A stretch of 64,000 bases of DNA from Clostridia bacterium (GTDB lineage Bacteria > Bacillota > Clostridia > UMGS1883): the NCBI GenBank assembly GCA_045545295.1, contig JAZQAO010000054.1, positions 20,826-84,825 on the forward strand, given 5' to 3'. The notes under the pieces were generated by a model that was not told the origin of the DNA, searched no databases, and saw only the letters and a program-made list of their open reading frames with translations. The translations under genes were made by a program, and so were the position numbers. This document shows positions 20,704-28,941 of this stretch, piece by piece (within the stretch, counting starts at the first letter, position 1; the number at the start of each line of letters is the position of its first letter).

Positions 20704-20836
20704 TCACTGTTTTTATTATACCATTCGTGAATTTTGCTGTAAATATTTTCAATATATTTTGCCGTAAACTGCAAAAAACGACACAGTCAAATCAAAAAAA
20801 CTGCACATTTGAGTATAAGTCTCAAATATGCAGTTT

Positions 20837-21637
20837 TTATTTGTTTTCAGCCATATCCCACTGAAGCCCTGTGTTTATTACATAACGAAGGGTTCTCGCA
20901 TCAAGTCTTTCAGTCCAGGGATAATTTTCGTGGTATATGTCACAGTAGTCTGTACGATAGAGTTCTAACTTTATCTCCGCAGGCATAGTCGGTTTATATG
21001 GGAGAAATTTCTTCCCTTCCTTAAGTGCTTTCACAGTGCGGAAGGATGCATCATAAATTTCCTGCCGTGATTTTTTTGTATCGTAAAGCTGTGCCGTGTT
21101 TCTGCAGTTAGCTCCTTTAACGCTGACACACTCAATATCTCCGAAAAAGCTATGTGCTTCACGGACTGCCGCATCATCTCCCGACATCATGGCAAGAGGT
21201 ACACCGAAATGACCTGCCACCATTGCCCACTGACCAAGTTCCCCGACTTTTCTGCCGTTTATGTAATAATTAAACCACTCTATACTCGACTGGGTATGGT
21301 CAAGGAAAGCATTTTGTGTACCTGCCATAGCGTGAGCACCTATAAAGAAGGTTGCATCAAAGCTTTCATCAAGGCTCTGCCACCAATGTTTGTGTCCCCC
21401 GTCAAGAACGGCACGGCTGTCGATAAGACTCTTATCAATATTATCCCCGGGGCCGTGGCAGTCAAGAACATACACTTCGTCCGCACCTGAGTCAAACGCA
21501 CCCTTGATTGCCGCATCGGTATCATAGGCAAGCGCTCGGCACGCCTCTTTATTTTCAGGTGTGTAAAAAGGGAAAACCTGATTTATGGAATTAACCTCCG
21601 TTGCACCTTCAAGGTCGGTATGGATATAAATTTTCAT
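20837..21637 (-). CDS. Peptidase M55 family D-aminopeptidase (DppA-like)
   Basis: MKIYIHTDLEGATEV N-terminus and GELG...AGHFGVPLAMMSGDDAAVREA pattern like B. subtilis DppA; start at internal Met 21637. Confidence 0.7.
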   Translation of the reverse strand: MKIYIHTDLEGATEVNSINQVFPFYTPENKEACRALAYDTDAAIKGAFDSGADEVYVLDCHGPGDNIDKSLIDSRAVLDGGHKHWWQSLDESFDATFFIGAHAMAGTQNAFLDHTQSSIEWFNYYINGRKVGELGQWAMVAGHFGVPLAMMSGDDAAVREAHSFFGDIECVSVKGANCRNTAQLYDTKKSRQEIYDASFRTVKALKEGKKFLPYKPTMPAEIKLELYRTDYCDIYHENYPWTERLDARTLRYVINTGLQWDMAENK

Positions 21638-21713
21638 AATAAACAATCCTTTCAAAATAAATTTATATTGCAAAAAGTCCACTGTTGTGTTACTATTCTC
21701 ATAGGGTGATTTT

Positions 21714-22520
21714 ATGATACGTAATACGATTTCCGAGTTTTATAATGACATATTAAAATATGACCATATCTCCTTTGAGGATATGTCCTGGCCGGGTATT
21801 GAAACCCAGTCACATACGGGGTATGAAATGATTTTTTTGAAATCGGGCGATGCTACCTTCATTGCCGATGAAAAAATTTTCAGTGTAAAACCCGGCAGCA
21901 TAATCCTTACCCCACCTAATACCCGTCACATCATAAACTTTAACGAAACGGCGTATTATGACAGATTTGATGTGATTTTTGACCCATCTGTAATTCACCC
22001 CGAAGTATATGAAGAAATTCCCTCTGGGGCAAATGTTTTTTGTACGGAAAAGCCTGAATATTTCCTCTCCTTGTTTGAAAAAATTGATTTTTACTGCAGA
22101 CATTTTTCGGGTGATTCTCTTTGCAAAATCATCTTGAATGTAGTTGAGGAAATCTTTTACAATATCGCGATAGAAACAAAGGAAACCTCCGGAATTGTGC
22201 CGTACGACAACTACATTTCCGATTCAACATTTACGAAAATCATTGAATTTATAAGTAAAAACATCACTAACCCTTTCACCCTCGAAGATATGTGCGATGA
22301 ACTTTATATTTCAAAAAGCAATCTTCACAAGCTTTTTTCAAAACACCTCGGTAAAAGCCCCAAAAAATATATTACCGAAAAACGTCTTGCCATAGCACGC
22401 CTTGAAATCCTTTCAGGGTCACTTCCTACAGAGGTTTTCCATAAATACGGATTTTCTGACTATTCCTCTTTTTACAGAAGCTATCGGGCGTATTATGGAC
22501 ATTCACCGTCGGAAACCTAA
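21714..22520 (+). CDS. AraC-family transcriptional regulator (cupin N-domain + HTH)
   Basis: C-terminal AraC HTH signature (ITEKRLAIARLEIL...YGFSDYSSFYRSYRAYYGHSPSE). Confidence 0.8.
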   Translation: MIRNTISEFYNDILKYDHISFEDMSWPGIETQSHTGYEMIFLKSGDATFIADEKIFSVKPGSIILTPPNTRHIINFNETAYYDRFDVIFDPSVIHPEVYEEIPSGANVFCTEKPEYFLSLFEKIDFYCRHFSGDSLCKIILNVVEEIFYNIAIETKETSGIVPYDNYISDSTFTKIIEFISKNITNPFTLEDMCDELYISKSNLHKLFSKHLGKSPKKYITEKRLAIARLEILSGSLPTEVFHKYGFSDYSSFYRSYRAYYGHSPSET

Positions 22521-22642
22521 ATATCCGGGGATAAAAAAATGCTTCAGAATGGACAAACTAAGCTATTGCAAATTCGAAATGTGAAGTTCGAAATTCGAAA
22601 TGATGGATGATTTTCTCTGAATAGAAAATCCTTTTATTAAAA

Positions 22643-22673
22643 TGAAGATTTTTGCTTCAGCAAAAATTCACCT
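22643..22673. terminator. Weak hairpin between convergent genes, inside a larger imperfect inverted-repeat region (22565..22710)
   Basis: tttttgcTTCAgcaaaaa palindrome seen directly; flanked by TTCGAAAT-type repeat arms. Confidence 0.35.
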
Positions 22674-22757
22674 TCACTTCGCACTTCGCACTCCGAATTT
22701 CGCATTTAAAAAGTTACCTTTTTGCTTTCTGGACTTTTTTACATCTCCTTTATAGCT

Positions 22758-24761
22758 TCATCTGTTTGCGGTGATTTTATAATACAGAGTCTTAAGTTGT
22801 GATCTTGTAAGTGCATCCTTTAATTGAGTATCAGGCTCATAGTCAAGATAAACTATACCATAAGTGTATTCGCTCATACGCTCCGCAAGCGAGGAAATTT
22901 CGGAATACAGTTTTTCTTCATCATCACGTTTTTCATAAAGACAGTTGTAATAATCAAGGCAAAGCACCATCATCCTGAAAACATCAACACCGTACAAAAT
23001 TCCGCGGATATCTTCGTTGATTTTTGAAAGCAGTGCCTCTCCCTCGGGCTTTTTTCTCATATCCTGAGGGTTAAGGGCAGTGCTTTCGTCAGTAAAAAGT
23101 TCGGGAGAAAGAGATTCTGTTTCTTCCGTTCTTATTTTCCGAAGTTCCCTCAAAGCTTTTTCAAGCTTTTTTACAGTTTCATAACCGCTTGCTACGGCAT
23201 TTTCTCCCAGGTGGGATTCGTTATAAAAAGGCTTTGCGGGGATTTTTCCGTCCCACTCGGAAAGGTGTGTGAGAATACTTGTGTCAAACCAGTTACGCCA
23301 TGATCCGCAATAGCTCACGGCGTCCTCGATAAGTCGGTAAGCCTCTTTTGCACGCTCTGCATATTTTCCGTACATATCGTCAAAATACTTGCCGATAAGC
23401 TTGTCAGTATCGCAGTTTCTGTCACGGCTGATATTAGCAAGCACATATTGATTAAGACTTCTCACTCCCCAGTCGAGGACGGGGGTGTGCATATACTCAA
23501 TTTCCGTCACACCGCAGTCTATGTAATACTTAACGTCGTTTATTATCCTCTCCGTGAAAAGAAGCGGCAAATCCTCATATTTTGAAACGTTATAATACTC
23601 ATTCATCGCAAGCATCATACCTGTTTTTGTCCAGTCATTGAGAGTACGTTTATATATTCTGTTTTTGCCGCAAGTATCGTCGCTTAAATCGTGGTGGTAG
23701 CACCTTAAAATCGGGCAAAAAAGCGGATAGTCTCCCGCTTTTATAAGATTCTCGGGAACGGGATTCTCAGGTGCTTCAAGGGTATCTGTACCCTCATAAG
23801 CATCGAATGAAAGTCTTATATTATGGTCAATAATACCATCACGATACGCCTGGTCAATTCTTTTTCTTATATGTGAAAGATAATGCAGAGTTCTGTCCGT
23901 TCCGTTTCCGAGGGCACTGCATTTTTCACAATTACAACTTGCCCCCCAGGTATCAAAGCCTGCAAGTTCAAACACCGATTGGTCTTTCCAGTCGGTCTTT
24001 ATTTTATCAATGACAGTTTCCGCAAGCTTGTCAAGTAATTCTTCATTGGTAACACAGAACTGAACGTTAATGGCATTTTTCTCATTTATTTCGCCTTCAC
24101 GCTTACCGTACCAGTCTTTGTGCACTTCAATATAATATCCGCCGTTCTCATCAACGTTTTTCGGATTAAGAATTTTTGTAAAAACGTGGCCACCTGTTTT
24201 AAGAGTGAAGCACAGCTTCTGCTGAAGTTTTTTCGTATTCGGAAAACAAGCGTGTATGTTCATTCTGTTTCTCGCCATCCATACGGTAAGGCTCATTGAT
24301 TCTTTGAGAAGTCCTTCAAAATGAAACCCTCTGCCGTCAGGCATATCGTATTTATAATTTTTACATTCAACGGCAATAAGTTTCTTCAATTCAGGGACAA
24401 ATTCCTCTGTAGGAGAATACCAGCGAATTCCCTGTGCTTCAAGGAATTCATACACTGCATAAAGCAGTCCTTTTCTAGAATTGCCTTCCAGAACAGCATC
24501 ACTGCCGTCAGTGTATATTCTGAATTCTTCTCCGTCTTTGTCAAGACACTTGAGAATAATGTTTCTATCGCCTTTTTCGTGAGATACAGAGGTCTTTATT
24601 CCGCATTTATTAAGATAAACACAAAGTTCCTCTGCCGCATAAGAAACCGTACATCTTACGGCAGATTCCTTGTCGTTTTCAAAATCAATTTTATTTTCAT
24701 CATGTGCCCAAAGTTCATAATACTTTTCCGCATCGGGATATGGAAGCACTATTGTCAACAA
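22758..24761 (-). CDS. Large hypothetical protein, possibly glycoside-hydrolase-like (DUF4838-like impression); TTG start
   Basis: 667-aa ORF, no recognisable catalytic motif; LYAVYEFLEAQGIRWYSP N-terminal pattern; Cys cluster CNCEKCSALGNG; start codon is TTG at 24761-24759. Confidence 0.55.
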   Translation of the reverse strand: MLTIVLPYPDAEKYYELWAHDENKIDFENDKESAVRCTVSYAAEELCVYLNKCGIKTSVSHEKGDRNIILKCLDKDGEEFRIYTDGSDAVLEGNSRKGLLYAVYEFLEAQGIRWYSPTEEFVPELKKLIAVECKNYKYDMPDGRGFHFEGLLKESMSLTVWMARNRMNIHACFPNTKKLQQKLCFTLKTGGHVFTKILNPKNVDENGGYYIEVHKDWYGKREGEINEKNAINVQFCVTNEELLDKLAETVIDKIKTDWKDQSVFELAGFDTWGASCNCEKCSALGNGTDRTLHYLSHIRKRIDQAYRDGIIDHNIRLSFDAYEGTDTLEAPENPVPENLIKAGDYPLFCPILRCYHHDLSDDTCGKNRIYKRTLNDWTKTGMMLAMNEYYNVSKYEDLPLLFTERIINDVKYYIDCGVTEIEYMHTPVLDWGVRSLNQYVLANISRDRNCDTDKLIGKYFDDMYGKYAERAKEAYRLIEDAVSYCGSWRNWFDTSILTHLSEWDGKIPAKPFYNESHLGENAVASGYETVKKLEKALRELRKIRTEETESLSPELFTDESTALNPQDMRKKPEGEALLSKINEDIRGILYGVDVFRMMVLCLDYYNCLYEKRDDEEKLYSEISSLAERMSEYTYGIVYLDYEPDTQLKDALTRSQLKTLYYKITANR

Positions 24762-24791
24762 TAAAATTCACTACCTTCTCATTCGTTGTTT

Positions 24792-25742
24792 TTATAACAG
24801 TTTGCTCCATTTATTTTTCGCACTTGAAGCCGCCTGAATTGCCGCAAAAATGCGGAATTTATTTCTTTCTGTTGTACTGCGTCCGGTAACAATAAGAAGT
24901 CCCTGTGCTTTATCCTGAACGGCATTTTCAAGAGTAAATCTTAAATTATGTTCAAGGTTAAAGGTTGAATCTATGGAGCCGGCAGGAATAATATCGTATC
25001 CTGCCTCGGTAAGTTTTCTGTAGCTTTCACGCTTTTTTATATCGTAAGGGTCATCGGGAAGCGGTGCCGAAACATCCGGGAACATATGACCGAAATACCA
25101 CGGACTTACCACAACATCCTTTCCGATGTTTTTTTCAAAAGTTTCAAAGTCTTTCCAAAAAGCATCCGCCCACATCCATGGTCTTACCCCTTTATCTCTT
25201 ACGCACTGAAGCATAAACTTAACATCGTGAAGCAGTAGTTCGTGCTGTCGGTAGCACGCATAGGTGAGGTTACGCTGACTGTCCTCCCCTTCTTCATTCA
25301 TACCGATGTGGAAAAGTTCGGGAGTTTCAAATATATCGCACACCTCATAAATAAGGTCTTTAACTACTTCATAATAATCAGGGGTGGAAAGCATTCTGCC
25401 GTAAATACCGAGCCAAGCATCGTGTGCCGCGGAAAAATTCAGTTTCGGATAGACCTTGAAGCCCATAGAACGAAGACGTCTTACTTCCTCCGTCATATAT
25501 TCAGGAGTCCATCCCCCTTCAATCCACAGTTCGGGATGGGATTTATAGCAAATTGCATCACCGATATTTATAACAAGAGCTTCTACGCCATTTTCCTTTG
25601 CAAAGTCCACAACCTGATCCCAGGCTGCCTTCTCGGTAATTATTCTTGTATTGAACACATTACCTGCATAATCGGCACGGGTGGTTGAATCTATGCCGAA
25701 ATTATCTCCAAGAGAGAGCATTAAATAGAGTGTGTCTTTCAT
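24792..25742 (-). CDS. TIM-barrel-like putative carbohydrate-active hydrolase, paralog 4 (divergent C-terminus)
   Basis: Start at internal Met (MKDTLYLMLSLGDNFGIDS), aligned to paralog N-termini; GGGAGG RBS at 25752-25757; motifs YKSHPE, NFSAAHDAWLGIYGRMLST. Confidence 0.8.
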   Translation of the reverse strand: MKDTLYLMLSLGDNFGIDSTTRADYAGNVFNTRIITEKAAWDQVVDFAKENGVEALVINIGDAICYKSHPELWIEGGWTPEYMTEEVRRLRSMGFKVYPKLNFSAAHDAWLGIYGRMLSTPDYYEVVKDLIYEVCDIFETPELFHIGMNEEGEDSQRNLTYACYRQHELLLHDVKFMLQCVRDKGVRPWMWADAFWKDFETFEKNIGKDVVVSPWYFGHMFPDVSAPLPDDPYDIKKRESYRKLTEAGYDIIPAGSIDSTFNLEHNLRFTLENAVQDKAQGLLIVTGRSTTERNKFRIFAAIQAASSAKNKWSKLL

Positions 25743-25743
25743 A

Positions 25744-26706
25744 TTATTTACCTCCCAAAAGCTTTTCCCTTGCGTACTTTGCCTGGTATATGGCATCCAT
25801 ATACCAATACTTGCTGTCATCCATAGGCGCCGCCCAGCTTCCGCAGATAATCATACCGCGAATTTTGTCCTGATTAAGGTTTTCAAGAGCGTAGCGGATT
25901 GTATGCTCAAAATTATGAGTGTTTACATTTGCTCCGCCCTGAAGCATAATATCAAATCCGTTTTCAGTGAGAAGCTTGAAGCTTTTGTAGCGGTTTGTGC
26001 TCCATTCGTCAGTCGGAAGTGGATTTTGTGCATCACCGTAAAAACTGCCGTAAAGCCAGTTACACACAAGGACATCCTTTTTGACATTCTTTATAAACTC
26101 TTTGGGATATGACCAGCAATAGTCACCGCCAATGGCAGGTCTTACGCCTTTTTCTCGGATGCAGTTACACAGGTATTCCACATCGTGCCACACAAGATCA
26201 AACTGACGATAGCAGGCAAAATCGTACCGCTGCTGATTTGTCCAGTTTTCCTCATCAAGGACAAGTGAAAAGAATTCGGGGGTGTCAAAAATGTCGCAAA
26301 CTTCGTGAATAAGCTCCCTCGCCACCTCATAATATCGTTGTGTTGAAACCATTCTGGAATATTCCTCAAGCCACGCATCGTGACCTGCAGAAAAGTTAAG
26401 TCGGGGATACAGTTTTATCCCCTTTTCGTCACGAAGACGCTTTACCTCTGACCGCATAAATTCAGGTGTCCACGCCCCCTCAACGGCAATTTCGGGGTGG
26501 GAATCAAACCTTATACCGTTTGCAATATCAAGAAGAATACTGTCGCAGCCGTTTTCAGCCGCACAATCAACTATTTCGTTCCATGCCTTTACATCTGCCC
26601 TCAGTTTTTTATAATAAATCTCTCCCTGACAGTCAGGTCTTGTGGGAGAATCGTTCCAGCAGTTGTCCGCAAGACAAACAAGCAAACACCATTTTTCAGC
26701 AATCAT
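25744..26706 (-). CDS. TIM-barrel-like putative carbohydrate-active hydrolase, paralog 5
   Basis: Start at Met 26706 (MIAEKWCLLVCLADNCWNDS) with GGAGG RBS; the ORF-track 370-aa extension lacks RBS and family support. Confidence 0.8.
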   Translation of the reverse strand: MIAEKWCLLVCLADNCWNDSPTRPDCQGEIYYKKLRADVKAWNEIVDCAAENGCDSILLDIANGIRFDSHPEIAVEGAWTPEFMRSEVKRLRDEKGIKLYPRLNFSAGHDAWLEEYSRMVSTQRYYEVARELIHEVCDIFDTPEFFSLVLDEENWTNQQRYDFACYRQFDLVWHDVEYLCNCIREKGVRPAIGGDYCWSYPKEFIKNVKKDVLVCNWLYGSFYGDAQNPLPTDEWSTNRYKSFKLLTENGFDIMLQGGANVNTHNFEHTIRYALENLNQDKIRGMIICGSWAAPMDDSKYWYMDAIYQAKYAREKLLGGK

Positions 26707-26830
26707 AGCTTTTCCTCCATAAAAAGATTGAAAAATTTCTTTTATAATCATTTTACCACGATAAATTTTCCTTGTAAATTGCAAAAATAAGAAAAGCACA
26801 TTGCAAAAAGTCCACTGAATTCTATCTCTA

Positions 26831-26923
26831 AAAAAGAAGCGTGCCGCTTCACCCACGTCGCACCCTCACAGGAGTGCAAACAAAGTTTCCTGCGTCATAA
26901 TTTGACGCAAATTCCTATACGGT
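26831..26923 (+). repeat. Single copy of the modular interspersed repeat (core subtype C)
   Basis: aaaaaagaagcgtgccgcttcacccacgtcgca...ttgacgcaaattcctatacggt. Confidence 0.85.
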
Positions 26924-26971
26924 AAAAAAAATTGTACATTTTGGGGACTGTCCCCAAAATGTACAATTTTT
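26924..26971. terminator. 48-bp perfect palindrome (24-bp stem) flanked by A/T runs: bidirectional intrinsic terminator at the spoVT stop
   Basis: aaaaaaaattgtacattttggggac t gtccccaaaatgtacaatttttttt read directly. Confidence 0.8.
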
Positions 26972-27517
26972 TTATTCTTCCATGTGCTTTCCCAAAAATC
27001 CTGCCGCACTCTGGCAAAGCTTTTTTTCAACTTCACCCACAGGCATAGACTCTCTTTCTGACACCATCATTACAGAGCCTATTGAATCGCCTTCGCTTAT
27101 AATGGGGGCAATTACGCCTGCAAAATACTTTTCAGAGCCTTTTACTACCGGGAGTCCTTCCCCTCCCGTTGAATCAATAACAAAGATATTTTTCTTTTCC
27201 ATTGTTTTTTCAACATCTTCGCTGATTCTCTTTTCAACAAGTTCCTTTTTAGGCGCTCCCGAAACAGCAATTACACTGTCCTTATCAGTGATAACAACGG
27301 CTAAACCGCTTGTTTTGGAAAGAGTTTCTGCATAACCTGCAGCAAACTCACCAAGCTCTCCAATCGGTGAGTATTTTTTGAAGATTACTTCCCCATCGCG
27401 CTCCGTGAATATCTCAAGTGGATCGCCCTCGCGGATGCGGAGAACACGACGGATTTCTTTGGGTATAACTACACGACCTAGGTCGTCTATTCTTCTTACA
27501 ATTCCTGTTGCTTTCAT
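26972..27517 (-). CDS. spoVT: Stage V sporulation protein T (AbrB-type N-domain + GAF-like C-domain)
   Basis: MKATGIVRRIDDLGRVVIPKEIRRVLRIREGDPLEIF swapped-hairpin AbrB motif; ~181 aa like B. subtilis SpoVT; AGGAG RBS. Confidence 0.8.
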   Translation of the reverse strand: MKATGIVRRIDDLGRVVIPKEIRRVLRIREGDPLEIFTERDGEVIFKKYSPIGELGEFAAGYAETLSKTSGLAVVITDKDSVIAVSGAPKKELVEKRISEDVEKTMEKKNIFVIDSTGGEGLPVVKGSEKYFAGVIAPIISEGDSIGSVMMVSERESMPVGEVEKKLCQSAAGFLGKHMEE

Positions 27518-27799
27518 TATATAAATGCTCCTTTTGGTTTGATTTACATTTCTATTGTGTGCAACCGTGGAATTTTTATGTAAGGAAAAAGGTGGGATTT
27601 GTACAATTGACAAAACAACCAAACTGTAATTCATTATTGAATTAGTACATTGTACACAAAAGCTTATTTTTTACAAATTTTAGAACATATTGACATATTT
27701 CACCAACACAGTATATTAAATATATCAAACAACACCCAACAACAAAATTTTTCTCTATATTTATTCCACAATAAATCAAACCAAATAACAGCTGACAAA

Positions 27800-28924
27800 T
27801 CACATAGGTAATCTGTCAATTATGTCTTTTGCCTGAGGATGTCCGTTTTTTGCTGCGGCTTTCAGCAATTCTACAGCCTCAAAGAAATTTTGCTCTACTC
27901 CGTCACCATTCATCAAAAGAACCGCAAGATTATATTGGGCATACATATCATTCTGTTCTGCCGAAAGACGGAAAAGCCTTGCCGCTTCTGTATGGTCAGG
28001 TGCTATTCCATATCCGTTAAAATAGCATAATCCCAAATTGTGCTGTGCCTTTGCATTTCCCTGCTCCGCAGACTTTTTATACCAATACACAGCCTGCTTA
28101 AAATCTTGTGTTACACCATCTCCACGCTCATAGCAAACGCCAAGATTATACTGTGCATCGTCAATTCCCATTTTGGCAAGCTCTGTATACATTTTTACTT
28201 CGTCTGACATTTGAACATCATCAGCCCCTTCGTTCTGATGAATATCAATTATTTCGTTATCCGAACTTACTGTAACATAGATTCCATCAGGAATATCTGA
28301 AAGTTCACATTCTCTTGCAATCTGAAAAAATTCCTTTGTTTTTTCATAGCATAAATCATAAATAAAGTCAAATTCGTCCTTATCCGGATCACTTTTTGCA
28401 GCTTGCAAAATTAAACCCATCTTGTCATCCAAAGAAAAATGCTGCAAGCTGTTTTGATTTGCCCTTTTCAGAAAATTTTGCAAATATTTTGGAAGTTTGA
28501 CATTTCGTGAGATTATATAATCACTGTTGTGAGTATCTGAAAAGATGAAGATTATTTCGTCAACCGGAGCTTCCGCATCGTTATGAAGCTTACTGAAATT
28601 ATGAAGAGTTGTTATTACATCTCCCCAATTCCCACCGATTTTAATACTGAACTGAACGCATTGACAGGGATGTATAGCCAATTCTATTTCTCCTTGTTCA
28701 AAAAGATCCATTTCGTCTTCGGTTATATCCGCCCATCTGGTTACAATTATAAGCTTATTTCCGAAAAAATATGCATTTGTTCCATCCGGAACAAGCATCG
28801 GATTCATACCGCAAAAATCAGCCAGAATATATACCCCGTCCGGTTTTGATATTTTAAGGCAGTTTCCTCTTTTTGGCATTTCTTCGGTTTTAACAGTTAC
28901 ATCTCCATACTTTTGACAGAACAT
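27800..28924 (-). CDS. Sel1-repeat (TPR-like) protein with uncharacterised N-terminal domain
   Basis: C-terminal Sel1 repeats (AQYNLGVCYERGDGVTQDFKQAVYWYKKSAEQGNAKAQHNLGLCYFNGYGI...). Confidence 0.7.
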   Translation of the reverse strand: MFCQKYGDVTVKTEEMPKRGNCLKISKPDGVYILADFCGMNPMLVPDGTNAYFFGNKLIIVTRWADITEDEMDLFEQGEIELAIHPCQCVQFSIKIGGNWGDVITTLHNFSKLHNDAEAPVDEIIFIFSDTHNSDYIISRNVKLPKYLQNFLKRANQNSLQHFSLDDKMGLILQAAKSDPDKDEFDFIYDLCYEKTKEFFQIARECELSDIPDGIYVTVSSDNEIIDIHQNEGADDVQMSDEVKMYTELAKMGIDDAQYNLGVCYERGDGVTQDFKQAVYWYKKSAEQGNAKAQHNLGLCYFNGYGIAPDHTEAARLFRLSAEQNDMYAQYNLAVLLMNGDGVEQNFFEAVELLKAAAKNGHPQAKDIIDRLPM

Positions 28925-28941
28925 ATCATTTTTCCTCCTGA

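Noticed and set aside
25744-26856. ORF-track 370-aa form of paralog 5 overlapping the downstream paralog by 77 nt
   Set aside because: The N-terminal 50 aa (MGEAARFFFRDRIQW...) have no counterpart in the other four paralogs and no RBS; the internal Met at 26706 has a perfect GGAGG and aligns with the family N-terminus
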